Assembly (NCBI GenBank): GCA_016213445.1
Contig: JACRAJ010000001.1
Coordinates: 14,203 to 78,202 of the forward strand
DNA from: Candidatus Azambacteria bacterium
GTDB lineage: Bacteria > Patescibacteriota > Minisyncoccia > UBA10092
Length of the DNA stretch: 64,000 nt
Direction of reading: 5' to 3'
Part shown: in pieces, positions 9,801 to 17,980 of the stretch
Numbering within the stretch: position 1 is the stretch's first letter
Layout: each line of letters starts with the position of its first letter
The notes under the pieces: generated by a model
Seen by the model: only the letters and a program-made list of their open reading frames with translations
Databases searched by the model: none
What the model was told of the DNA's origin: nothing
Program-made: the position numbers and the translations under genes

Positions 9801-10377
9801 CCCATTTGCCGAACGGCATATTGGCCGCGCCGACAACAATTGATCTCGAAGCCGGAGTGGACGGTGAAAGCGCGACGCTAAGACCGCCAGCTACCGGAGT
9901 TACCGGGACGCCAGCTGCAGGCGCGCCAGCCGGCGCTCCAGCAACAGCGGAATACTTGGCTCTTGAAATCGAGCCGAAGTAACCAGTCGCCGGTGAAACG
10001 GCGTTAGCCGCTTGCCATTTAGAAACAGCCGCTTTGGTTTTCGCGCCGTAGTAATTGGTTTCACTACCCGCTGAACCAACGCCGCTTGCAGACACCGGAT
10101 AACCGGCGCCGTTGAGATACTGTTGCAAACACTTCACCTGGGGATCGGAAACTCTTAAGTAGAGATTCTTGGTGAACGTGCAAGCGGTTGCGGCGCCAGT
10201 GCCAGCGCCTTGCAATGTAGTGAGCTGGGCTTGCAAAGCTTGGATCTGCGCCATCAATTCCGCAATGGTAACAGCGCCAGTCGTAGGCACTGCCAAAGAC
10301 AAACTAAGAGCCAAGGCCAGAACCGATCCCATAAGGACGAGTCCGATTGGCCGCGACTCTCGTTTTGACATAAACAT
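6895..10377 (-). CDS. Large secreted surface protein (S-layer-like) with N-terminal signal peptide, coiled segment and PG_binding_1-like domain
   Basis: Signal peptide MSKRESRPIGLVLMGSVLALALSLSLAVPTTGA, then IAELMAQIQALQAQLTTLQ and a peptidoglycan-binding-like LQQYLNGAGYPVSASG...YYGAKTKAAVSKWQ. About 950 aa of T/S/A/G/V-rich beta-type sequence follow. A strong SD AAAGGAGA lies 9 nt upstream of the ATG. The gene is visibly more GC-rich than its neighbours. Confidence 0.7.
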   Translation of the reverse strand: MFMSKRESRPIGLVLMGSVLALALSLSLAVPTTGAVTIAELMAQIQALQAQLTTLQGAGTGAATACTFTKNLYLRVSDPQVKCLQQYLNGAGYPVSASGVGSAGSETNYYGAKTKAAVSKWQAANAVSPATGYFGSISRAKYSAVAGAPAGAPAAGVPVTPVAGGLSVALSPSTPASRSIVVGAANMPFGKWDFTAGSGDVTLTSLKFTRSGISSDAELGSAYLYDADSGDYISQYTGLGSGVLSFSNTGGLFTVKAGVTKHVELRMDVSSSASNNHTMAWVLNAASDVTSNATSVSGTFPTTSNAMAFVSVTNPSIATLTATTVATGNSVNAGTTGYLAGSFTLQAANSAVLLDRIVLTQNGSIISGTDVSNIKLVTTGGAQVGPTLTNLKSDGTGTFVMSPAYEIPSGQTIQINVYADVLAGVNRTMKFNVLNLRDVQARDKTYSIGVNPSASVAMTQTTVQAGTLTVTLDPSSPTGNIAPGQTNVTVAKFKVTSYGEQVKVLFVPFRITMTSAGTDFTDDVDNAYLVDDAGNQIGTTITAPCGGTACGTTGIWDSTDTVAATFGTAAAPINYLIPANTTRVWSLKLDVLSAGNGTDLAARLNTGSSNYQGQVSLSTGSTTSVSGNTLTITSNPFQAKLNQAYGTQQFAKGQTNAKIASYVFSASSAEGINVSTITFTSTTTLGTVAKYNNLSVKVDGVQFGSIQGSVADATDYTFSGSSPKLIPAGGSITVDVYADLINSSTAFPGGETAYYIKLKNASAVGATTATTQTLKNTSGTAISSSNISGQSATVNVTGGSMAIASDASTPAAYQGIMGKTGQSLGIFRFTGTAVSDTNITDLTVSDRLTTAGQNASFANLQWYKGGVAVGPVVAAGTASTEAGSTTGYRYTFHFGSPVVISQNVGTSLELRGDIASYASGGATSNSVHTLRIESPTDVTALSAGGSLAVTATGFAATSTVAVNPITVTRTKLTVASDATGITTSGHVSSAADVMAVFVFTADPAYDVTINTVTLKLAGSTLASVVVKLIDADTGAIWGSSATVGQLYNVASGATSSVSFFPNYVLSGGATKKVKVQVDTTGSTNMRDGNNQDLDRPFTATTGSTNGTQAQWYIDNETSTTGTSLGVTNAVCWGDGTTLCSAGGFNLETKVLPVYGPSVRY

Positions 10378-10599
10378 AATTATTTTTCTCCTTTAATAAT
10401 AAGCTTTAATTTTTAATTAACCTTTTAATTATAATCTTTAAAATTCTGGAAATTCACCCAACCTTTCATGGCGAGTCAACCTCCATTTCCATTTGTTATT
10501 TAATGATTTCCAAACCAAAATAAAACCTCAGATTCTGTACCTGATTCGCGTCCGCCAGAGGCGGACGATTTAAGTTTTCAAAGTTCAATCCCAAACCTG

Positions 10600-10628
10600 A
10601 TAATAGCAAACCCTCCGTTGTCAGTCAA
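10600..10628 (-). promoter_or_regulatory. Candidate sigma70-type promoter of the S-layer-like gene (long 5' UTR)
   Basis: Minus strand reads TTGACT-N17-TATTAT, about 225 nt upstream of the ATG. Confidence 0.4.
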
Positions 10629-11116
10629 TAGAGAATATTTTCATTTTATCACACAGATTTTTCCAGCGCAACAACACTTTCTTGATCCGCATTTTTAACA
10701 TAATAACAGTAATTTTTCTATCAAGCAAATAGCCGAAAAATACCTTAAATTATGCTTAAATGTGGATAACTTTAACTTAATTATATATTCCCCGCCGCCA
10801 TAAAACAATAACCGATTGTGGATAACTTTCTCATCTTAAAAAATTTATAAACCAATGCTTGCCGATTAAAAATCAATAATTTAATTTACGGGTGTCCGAT
10901 GGGTATCCGACACCCGTTAAAACCCGGGACGGTTTTATAAATTACAAAGATTTTCCGTGTCTTGATCACCAATGCAACCCGCCTTGTTTTAGAAATTTAT
11001 TTTCGTCATTTCGTTTTGTTTTTATTCCATTCTTCCCACTCCGTTTTTTTCAAAAATATAAAAATCGGGAAAACACAACAAATAGCAAAAATCTTGGGGT
11101 TAAAATTGCAAAAATA

Positions 11117-11210
11117 ATGCGGCCATCTTGCGGCCATCTTGCGGCCAACGAATTTGGCCGCAAGATGGCCGCATCGTGTCCCTAACATGGCCGCATTATG
11201 GCCGCATGAG
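11117..11210. repeat. GC-rich ATGGCCGC/GCGGCCAT repeat array with a 19-bp perfect hairpin
   Basis: Three GCGGCCA(T/A) units are followed by four inverted (A)TGGCCGC units. GCGGCCATCTTGCGGCCAA-cgaat-TTGGCCGCAAGATGGCCGC is a perfect inverted repeat. The array overlaps the stop codon of CDS 11196..11813. Confidence 0.85.
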
Positions 11211-11813
11211 ATCGTAAAAACTGTTGTGTCCCTTTCCCGTCCTCGCAATCTTTTTAAAGTCCATCAACAAAGACAGTTCGCGGCGAATGGTTCTTTTGGA
11301 AATACCCGGGAAAAAATCTGAAATTTCCGCCAGCCTCATCGATTCTTTATTTTTAAATTTTTCCAAAATTTTTTTTTGCCGATCGTTCATTCTCGGTTCG
11401 GAATCAACCGCTTCTTTTTTCGCGGATTTCGAAGCCGGCGGCGGAACGGAATCGATTCGTTCCGGAACGGCGCCGCCAAAAGTTTTTGGCGGTTTGTTCA
11501 TTGCCAAAATAACGCGAGATTTAAAAACAAAAAATCCGTTTCGAAGCGCCCGAACATATTCGCTTTTTATAAGTTTCAGCTCCCCGCCTAAAAATAAATA
11601 ACCGTCCAGAATATCAATTTCTTTCAATAGCTCCGGGCGGCTTTTTTCTTCATTAACTTCGCCGGAAAAAAAACTTTTATAAACATTCAAAACCTGCGAT
11701 TTTATTTTTTCGCGCAACACCAAATCGGGTATCAGGTCGGACACTTTGAAACAGGCTTTCGTCAAAGCCAGAATTTTTCTGCCAAGTTCTGTGTTGAAAA
11801 CATTATCCTCCAT
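11196..11813 (-). CDS. Putative transcriptional regulator: helical N-terminal domain plus C-terminal DeoR-like winged HTH
   Basis: The C-terminus MNDRQKKILEKFKNKESMRLAEISDFFPGISKRTIRRELSLLMDFKKIARTG looks like a wHTH. Start moved to ATG 11813 (MEDNVF...) because the track start at 11846 lies inside a REP hairpin. Confidence 0.5.
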   Translation of the reverse strand: MEDNVFNTELGRKILALTKACFKVSDLIPDLVLREKIKSQVLNVYKSFFSGEVNEEKSRPELLKEIDILDGYLFLGGELKLIKSEYVRALRNGFFVFKSRVILAMNKPPKTFGGAVPERIDSVPPPASKSAKKEAVDSEPRMNDRQKKILEKFKNKESMRLAEISDFFPGISKRTIRRELSLLMDFKKIARTGKGHNSFYDLMRP

Positions 11814-11831
11814 AGAGTATATATGTAAAAT

Positions 11832-11919
11832 ATAGGTTTCCGACACCTATTGATTTGTTCGGGATTTACGATAGTAATTTTAATTTAAATGAGAATTCAA
11901 TAGGTGTCGGACACCTATT
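11832..11919. repeat. Composite REP doublet (two inverted REP hairpins plus 47-bp spacer)
   Basis: ATAGGTTTCCGACACCTATT (11832-11851) and AATAGGTGTCGGACACCTATT (11899-11919). The spacer is close to the reverse complement of the spacer at 17133-17179. Confidence 0.85.
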
Positions 11920-11944
11920 ATTTTTGATTTTATAGATGTCGCCC

Positions 11945-14900
11945 CTATTGAACAACAACCGTCGCGCCGGCGTCAATAGAAAGCGCCGGGTTGGAATATG
12001 GCTGGAAAATAACGGATTCGTAAAAAGCAACGGCTAATTGAGAACCCAGGCTAACGCCATAATCGCAAGCGGTAGCGTATGCGCCGCTTGCAGTTATTTC
12101 TATCCTATATTTTTTACCAGCCGCAAAAGGCGAAGTAAGAGGAATATTAATTTCGGCATTGTCATATGTTTGAAAAGGAAGAAACGGCGTTTCCATAGTT
12201 TGCCAATTAAAATCTGAAACGCCCGCCTCCTTCACATAAATCGTGAAATTATTGCCGCTTCTATTTGTCCAATTATGAAATACGGCTTTTTTGAAATTTC
12301 CGTTATGATCGGGAACAATATATCCGCTGGATAACTGAATGCAGGGTTGGCCAACCCAAATGCTTGTAGTTTGTGAATCTATCAACAAACTCGATGTTGC
12401 TTGCGGCAACGGCGGCGCAAAACCATTGCCGCCGTAAGTAAACAGGGTATTTGTAAAATTCCCGGAACTGTCTTTAAAAAATTTAATCTGGCTCCAATCA
12501 TTGTCTTGCGGCGCGCTGGCCGCGCCGTCGCCATTGGTGTCGCCGCCCTTTGTGTCGTCTTTCAAGGAAGTAAAAACAATCGGGTTTTCCGGAGTGGTTG
12601 AAGCCGCTATCGCGCCGTTTATGTTTAAAGCCGGCAAAGTGTGCCCGATTTTAAAAATAACGCCGGGCTCTATTGTCAGCGTCGCGCCGGCGTCAACGGT
12701 CGGCGAATGGCCTCCGCTGGCTTCCAAAACATACGGCAAATCTTTTTCGAGAGTGAAATTTTGCGAAAAATGCGTGTAATCGGAAATGGCGATTCCGCTT
12801 ATTACATTTGTGCTGGTGGCGGCATTAGCGATTTGGGAATTTGTTATGGCTGGATACGAGCTTTCAATTTTTATCGGATAACCGTTATCGCTAAAAATAT
12901 TGCCGTCTATAGTCGGAGCCGTTCCGCTCCTCGTTTCGATTCCGATCAGCTGGTTGCGGACAAACTGGTTATTTTTTATTTGCAAACCGGTTGAAGACAA
13001 GGTCTGCCCCGTTGTGTGAATTCCATAACAATTACCATAAGTTTCGTTGGGCGCGCCGCCGGAAGAATCAACGGATATGCCGCAATAATTGTCGGAAAAA
13101 ACGGAATTTTGCACCGTTCCGGAAGAATCCTTTAAATGCAAAGCGGTGCGTTTGGAATTTTCAAATTTCGAATTATTAATATTGATTGTCGCGCCGACAA
13201 CGTCAATCATCTCATAAAATGGCAAAACGATTTCCTGCCCGCCGCCGTATCGAAATTCAACGTAGTTAAGATTGCCGCTCGAACCGACGCTGAAAACAAT
13301 ATTCCGCCATTCGCCTTTTTGCGGCGCGGTTGAGGCATCGCCATCAGAGTCATTTATTGAAGTAAAAATAATGGGCGCGCCGCTGGTTGCCATGGCGTTC
13401 ATCGTTCCTTTAATTTCAAGCGCCGCGGCGCCGCCGGTTTGCGGAATTATTTTTACGCCGGGTTCTATTGTCAAAGTTGCGCCGGCGGCAACAGTCGGAT
13501 GATTTACCGAATCAAAAAACAGCCTATAAGGGCTGCCCGCCAACGTCCAAGTTGTATTTTCAGATATTGTGGTTGTAGCGGAAACATCGGTGCCGAGACC
13601 GAGAATGGGCGGCGTAGTTGAAGCGGCGAAGCTATCGGTTGAAGTGGCCGTCTCCGGCGTTGACGTGGCCATCGCCAATGTAGTTGAGGCGACAATATCG
13701 GCGTCGGACATTGATAGCTCCCAGTTATTGGCCGCCCCCGGCGTGCCGCCGTTTACCGATGACTGCGCCCAATTTGCCGGATCGTTTGACGCACCGCCGG
13801 CCGATTTTCTTTCCAAGGTCTTACCATTGCCATCAGCGCCCCAGGAATTAGAATAAACGACTTCATCAATAACTACATTATTGGGAGATAAAATTTTAAT
13901 CGTATCAGTTGAATTTTTTAAATCCAATACCGTGTCAATTACCGTGCCATTAAAACCCGGATGATCTGCCAAAAAATTGCCGGCATTGGCAGCTAAAATC
14001 GCGTAACCACCGGCCGGAATTACTAATGAACCCTGACTATTATTTTTAGGCGGCGCATTAAGTCCATGGTTTGTTTCGCCATCGCCATCGTAAAGTTTCC
14101 CACCTTCAAGATTAACAACGCTATCTCTTGGATTAAAAATTTCAATCCATTCATGGTCTTTATCCGCAACATCGCTAAGGTCATACATAATCTCATTTAT
14201 CACCAAATCGCCTACATTAAATGTTTGCGCGCTCGCGCTTTCAGTCGAGCTGTTCGACTGATTGTTTGAGCTCGTTCCGCCGCCTCCGCCGCCGCTGTAA
14301 GCAACCGGCGCGTTCGCCGAAGAATTGCCGTTTGCATTATTGGAATTTGAATTGTTCGAATTGGAATTTTGGCTTGAATTTGAATTTGCGCCGGCATTCT
14401 GGTTTTGATTTTGGGGAATCTGCGGCGATTTTGGCGCTTGACTCTTTTCAGCCGGTGGTTGAACTGGTTTTGCCGCCGGAGTTTGTGTTGGCATTGCCGG
14501 TTTTGCGGCTTTCGGCGCCGGCGCGGAAGGCGCGACAACGGTTTTTATTTGCGGCTTCGCCGCTTCCGACCCGCTTTCAAAACTCAAAACCGGCTGGTCG
14601 TTTGGAATTTTTCCACCGACAAAAAAGTCGCGAATTTGGCTTATCAAAGATTTTTTGGAATCGGCGGAATTCTGTTTTTCCGATTCGGCTTTTTTCGCCG
14701 CTTCGGCTTGATTTATGAAAAGGCCGATCACTCCCGCGCCGTTTATCACCGCCTGCCTAGACAACCGAAGCCAGTATTCTTGAAGAACCTGATTATTCTC
14801 ATCTTTAATTTTATAAACTTTTAAATAAGACTTATTATCAACAACTGCCAAATCAAAATATTGGCCATTTTCATCTTTGCCATAAGCAAAATTATCATCT

Positions 14901-15667
14901 TCAAAAACAATTTTCGGCTTGGAATATATTTCCGCATTTATCGTTCGGGGACTGAAAAAATGATTATTTGTGTAAGCCGCTAAATTGTTAAAATACGATT
15001 CCAAATCAGCGTAAATAACCGTCTTGTTGCCCTGATTGAATATTCTTTTGCCCAAATCTTGCGTCAAACCGCTGGAATTATCTCTTGTCCAATTTTCATA
15101 ATAACTTGGCCTATCGCCGCCCGGATGAGAATCGTTTCTCGTGTGCTCCGGCACCGTCATATCCTCAATCAAGTGCAAAATATGGCCGAGCGAAATATAC
15201 GCATCTTTTTCCTTGCTTTCCGAATATTTTTTGACGGCCGCTTCGTAAGAAAAATCTCCCCACCAGCTTCCGGAAATCACCGGCCCGTTCCCGGTCCATA
15301 AATTGGATATATTTTTCGGATTAGGCGTCTGATATGAAGAAAATTGAGCCCAATTTTTGGCTAAATAACCGTTAACGGCTACCATTTCCGTTGAGAGGCC
15401 TCTTTCGTAAACCGGATCGTAAAAATGGTTGAGCCACCTCGGCGCAAAATCCTCGTCAATCGACCCCTGGATTATCCATTGTTTTTGCTCATCGGTGAAT
15501 TTTTTTCCCGTTGAAAGCTCATAAAAATCAACTGCTTCTCTCGTTAAAGCCGGATGGACGGTTTTATCGTCGTAAGCGAAAGCGGCGCCGGAAAATAAAA
15601 CGGAAACCGTAAAAAGGCTTCCGAATAAAATTGCCGTTAAATTTTTCTTCAAAAATCGATAATTCAT
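11945..15667 (-). CDS. Large secreted protein: N-terminal zinc phospholipase C / S1-P1 nuclease-like region, low-complexity linker, lamin-tail (LTD)-like domain, right-handed beta-helix repeats
   Basis: Signal peptide MNYRFLKKNLTAILFGSLFTVSVLFSGAAFA; the start at 15667 gives a TAATG overlap with the upstream stop. Other recognisable regions: H/D-rich HPALTRE...GSIDEDF...HLIEDMTVPEHTRND, a P/A/Q/N/S linker, LTD-like VINEIMYDL...HEWIEIFNP, and PbH1-like repeats (NSKFENS...NSVFSDN...). Confidence 0.6.
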   Translation of the reverse strand: MNYRFLKKNLTAILFGSLFTVSVLFSGAAFAYDDKTVHPALTREAVDFYELSTGKKFTDEQKQWIIQGSIDEDFAPRWLNHFYDPVYERGLSTEMVAVNGYLAKNWAQFSSYQTPNPKNISNLWTGNGPVISGSWWGDFSYEAAVKKYSESKEKDAYISLGHILHLIEDMTVPEHTRNDSHPGGDRPSYYENWTRDNSSGLTQDLGKRIFNQGNKTVIYADLESYFNNLAAYTNNHFFSPRTINAEIYSKPKIVFEDDNFAYGKDENGQYFDLAVVDNKSYLKVYKIKDENNQVLQEYWLRLSRQAVINGAGVIGLFINQAEAAKKAESEKQNSADSKKSLISQIRDFFVGGKIPNDQPVLSFESGSEAAKPQIKTVVAPSAPAPKAAKPAMPTQTPAAKPVQPPAEKSQAPKSPQIPQNQNQNAGANSNSSQNSNSNNSNSNNANGNSSANAPVAYSGGGGGGTSSNNQSNSSTESASAQTFNVGDLVINEIMYDLSDVADKDHEWIEIFNPRDSVVNLEGGKLYDGDGETNHGLNAPPKNNSQGSLVIPAGGYAILAANAGNFLADHPGFNGTVIDTVLDLKNSTDTIKILSPNNVVIDEVVYSNSWGADGNGKTLERKSAGGASNDPANWAQSSVNGGTPGAANNWELSMSDADIVASTTLAMATSTPETATSTDSFAASTTPPILGLGTDVSATTTISENTTWTLAGSPYRLFFDSVNHPTVAAGATLTIEPGVKIIPQTGGAAALEIKGTMNAMATSGAPIIFTSINDSDGDASTAPQKGEWRNIVFSVGSSGNLNYVEFRYGGGQEIVLPFYEMIDVVGATININNSKFENSKRTALHLKDSSGTVQNSVFSDNYCGISVDSSGGAPNETYGNCYGIHTTGQTLSSTGLQIKNNQFVRNQLIGIETRSGTAPTIDGNIFSDNGYPIKIESSYPAITNSQIANAATSTNVISGIAISDYTHFSQNFTLEKDLPYVLEASGGHSPTVDAGATLTIEPGVIFKIGHTLPALNINGAIAASTTPENPIVFTSLKDDTKGGDTNGDGAASAPQDNDWSQIKFFKDSSGNFTNTLFTYGGNGFAPPLPQATSSLLIDSQTTSIWVGQPCIQLSSGYIVPDHNGNFKKAVFHNWTNRSGNNFTIYVKEAGVSDFNWQTMETPFLPFQTYDNAEINIPLTSPFAAGKKYRIEITASGAYATACDYGVSLGSQLAVAFYESVIFQPYSNPALSIDAGATVVVQ

Positions 15668-16230
15668 TAAAATTCCACTATTTTCCAAGTGCCGCCATCA
15701 CTTTTGTATAAAGTTAATACAGAATATTTTTTCTTGCCGTTTTCCTTAATTAGCAGATCAACATATTCACCCTTAAACCCCGGCGATTCTTCTAGAATCC
15801 CATTTTTCAGATCTTTTATTAATAAATCAATATTTCCATCATTCTTTATCTTCTCCAAAACTGGAAAAATTATTTCTTGATTCCCATATTTACTCGCCAA
15901 ATCAAAATCGCCTTTTTTAACCGCTTCCGTAAACAATCTGACCGTTTCTTCCGGCGTTTTTCCGCCCCATTTTTCGCTTTCTTTAGCCATTTCGTCCAAT
16001 AGTTTAACGGCTTTCATCTGTTGGTAATACATGCTGTGCGTATATTGCCAATATTGCCAGCCGATAACGGCTAAAATTAAAGCCGCGAGCGCGACTCCGG
16101 CCCAAATCAATTTCTTTTTTCTGTTATCGCCGCCGCTCATCGGCGCCTTCGGCGCCGAATTATTTTCCTTATTTTCACCGCCTTGGTTTGTCCCATTTTG
16201 GCCAGACTCGCCAAAATTCATCGTTTCCAT
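15667..16230 (-). CDS. Hypothetical membrane-anchored protein
   Basis: 187-aa ORF with a disordered N-terminus, a single TM segment (LIWAGVALAALILAVIGW) and a small globular domain. No family recognised. Confidence 0.5.
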   Translation of the reverse strand: METMNFGESGQNGTNQGGENKENNSAPKAPMSGGDNRKKKLIWAGVALAALILAVIGWQYWQYTHSMYYQQMKAVKLLDEMAKESEKWGGKTPEETVRLFTEAVKKGDFDLASKYGNQEIIFPVLEKIKNDGNIDLLIKDLKNGILEESPGFKGEYVDLLIKENGKKKYSVLTLYKSDGGTWKIVEF

Positions 16231-16362
16231 AACATTTTTAAAACGAAAAAATTATTTTATATTAAAAAATGAAAAACAAAAACGCAAACTGTTTTTCATT
16301 ATACACCACAATTTTAATTTTCCCAAAAACACCCATTTATCCACAGCAAATAACAACCAACC

Positions 16363-17200
16363 CCCGCACAAATCAATAGGTGTCGGAAACCTATTAACCT
16401 ATTGGCTTATTCCAAAAAAAGATTATTATCTACGGCTGAAAAATCCAAATCATTCACGAAGTCGCAAAAATGTTTTTTGTATGTGGAAGGCTTGCCAAAA
16501 GTGTCCTTCAAAAAATTCCTTTGCATTATCAGAGAAAAATCAGATTTGCCGATGTAATCCGAATGGCTGGACCATTTGTAATTGTCTATAAATTCGATTG
16601 CTCCCTGCGGTTTCCCCACACCCTGGTTCCGCCAATCCGGACAAGATAAACTTAACGGATTCAAATGGATATAAAATGGAATATATGTAAATTGGGATTC
16701 GTTGTCCATAATCACGGATTTGAATTTTCCCTGAAATAACGGACCGACTCTTTGGTGCTTCAAGTTAAAATAGTTAACATACCCACTGCCCAATTTCCTC
16801 ATAAATTCGGTTATCCCATTTTCCGTCCGCTGGCGTAGCATCAAATGATAATGATTGGGCATTAAACAGAAAGCCAATATATCAACCAAAAATTTTCTTT
16901 TGTGTTCGTCATTCCTAATATCCTTTATTCTTTTCTTGGGATTTATAACCAATTTGGTGTCATTAAAAATTATAAGGTCATCAATAAAACGCTCATAATC
17001 GCGATTATCCACAAATAGGTGGCGCTTCTCCACGCCGCGATTATAAACATGATATATATTATCCGAAACTAATTTATCCTTGCGCATATTAGGTCAATAG
17101 GTTTCTAGGTCAATAGGTTTCCGACACCTATTGAATTCTTATTTAAATTAAAATTTTTATCATAAACCCCGCACAAATCAATAGGTGTCGGAAACCTATT
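16363..17200 (-). mobile_element. REPtron: RAYT-type transposase gene bracketed by REP units
   Basis: The 33-nt unit CCCGCACAAATC-AATAGGTGTCGGAAACCTATT is present at 16363-16395 and 17168-17200. An inverted REP lies at 17112-17132 and a partial tandem copy at 17092-17106. Confidence 0.75.
16407..17087 (-). CDS. IS200/Y1-family, REP-associated tyrosine transposase (RAYT-like)
   Basis: HUH motif in CLMPNHYHLMLRQ and the catalytic-Tyr region YIPFYIHLNPL. The 226-aa size and flanking REP hairpins fit a RAYT rather than an IS200 TnpA. Confidence 0.8.
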   Translation of the reverse strand: MRKDKLVSDNIYHVYNRGVEKRHLFVDNRDYERFIDDLIIFNDTKLVINPKKRIKDIRNDEHKRKFLVDILAFCLMPNHYHLMLRQRTENGITEFMRKLGSGYVNYFNLKHQRVGPLFQGKFKSVIMDNESQFTYIPFYIHLNPLSLSCPDWRNQGVGKPQGAIEFIDNYKWSSHSDYIGKSDFSLIMQRNFLKDTFGKPSTYKKHFCDFVNDLDFSAVDNNLFLE

Positions 17201-17232
17201 AAATATTATACTATGAAATGAAAAAACTGTCA

Positions 17233-17274
17233 GAAACAAAACAACCCCGCAAGCTTGCGGGGTTGTTTTGTTTC
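17233..17274. terminator. 42-bp perfect palindrome terminator (CCCCGCAAGCTTGCGGGG family)
   Basis: GAAACAAAACAACCCCGCAAGC|TTGCGGGGTTGTTTTGTTTC, 23 nt downstream of the stop of 17297..17980. Confidence 0.75.
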
Positions 17275-17296
17275 TTAATTCGGAACTGCCAAAAAA

Positions 17297-17980
17297 TCAC
17301 TTGCCGCCGATTTCTTCTTTCATCTTTGCAAGCCAAGCGGCGGCAACATCGCGGCCGCCGAGGCCGAAAGCCAAGCCGCCGGCCAAAGCTAACATTGCCA
17401 CAAAGCCCATGATTAACGTGTTAACCAGAGCGCTGGCCACGCCGAGCTGGGAAAGCGCCGCCAAAAAGGCGAAAATCAAAATCGACCATTTTGTCAAAGC
17501 GCCCAAGAAATGAGCCGCATGAAGCCGCGCCGACAAAACCGATGCCCGAATCAATTTTGACAAAAAGGCTGCCGCCACCACTCCGGCGAGCATAATCAAC
17601 ACCGCGATAATGATGTTCGGCACATAGAGCAGCACCTGTTTCAAGAAATCGGAGAAAGCCCCGAGGCGCAAAATATCGCTAACGGCCAAAAGCGTTACTA
17701 TAATAAGAAACCATTGGAACAAAACGCCCAAAAACCGTCCGGAGCGAAGGCGCACATCGGCTCTTTCAAGAATCTTTCCGAGGCCAAGCTGTTCCAAAAC
17801 CCGGTCTAACCTCAAAGCGTCAAACAACTTTTCTATTATTTTCCCGACACCGGCCGCAATGATAAGACCGATAAAAAATATAATCAAAGCGCCAATTAAA
17901 GTCGGCAAAAACACCACAAAGCCCTGCCACAAATTTTGAAGCGAAAATGTAACAACGTCAATCCAATTTGAAACGTACAT
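17297..17980 (-). CDS. Polytopic membrane protein with repeated conserved TM helices (possible mechanosensitive-channel-associated family)
   Basis: Start set at MYVSNW (17980); the upstream 25 codons of the track ORF are low-quality. Four to five TM segments. Family call is tentative. Confidence 0.5.
   Translation of the reverse strand: MYVSNWIDVVTFSLQNLWQGFVVFLPTLIGALIIFFIGLIIAAGVGKIIEKLFDALRLDRVLEQLGLGKILERADVRLRSGRFLGVLFQWFLIIVTLLAVSDILRLGAFSDFLKQVLLYVPNIIIAVLIMLAGVVAAAFLSKLIRASVLSARLHAAHFLGALTKWSILIFAFLAALSQLGVASALVNTLIMGFVAMLALAGGLAFGLGGRDVAAAWLAKMKEEIGGK

Noticed and set aside
10378-11195. 800-bp non-coding region with two DnaA boxes as the chromosomal origin (oriC)
   Set aside because: There are only two boxes, no dnaA or dnaN nearby, and no switch in gene orientation (genes on both sides are on the minus strand). 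The same motif is dispersed across other intergenic regions. It cannot be excluded without a GC-skew analysis.
10892-11321. ORFs 10892..11185 (+), 11006..11248 (-) and 11139..11321 (+)
   Set aside because: They overlap each other and the ATGGCCGC repeat array. Their peptides are repeat-derived (AARWPH, CGHLAA) and implausible as proteins.
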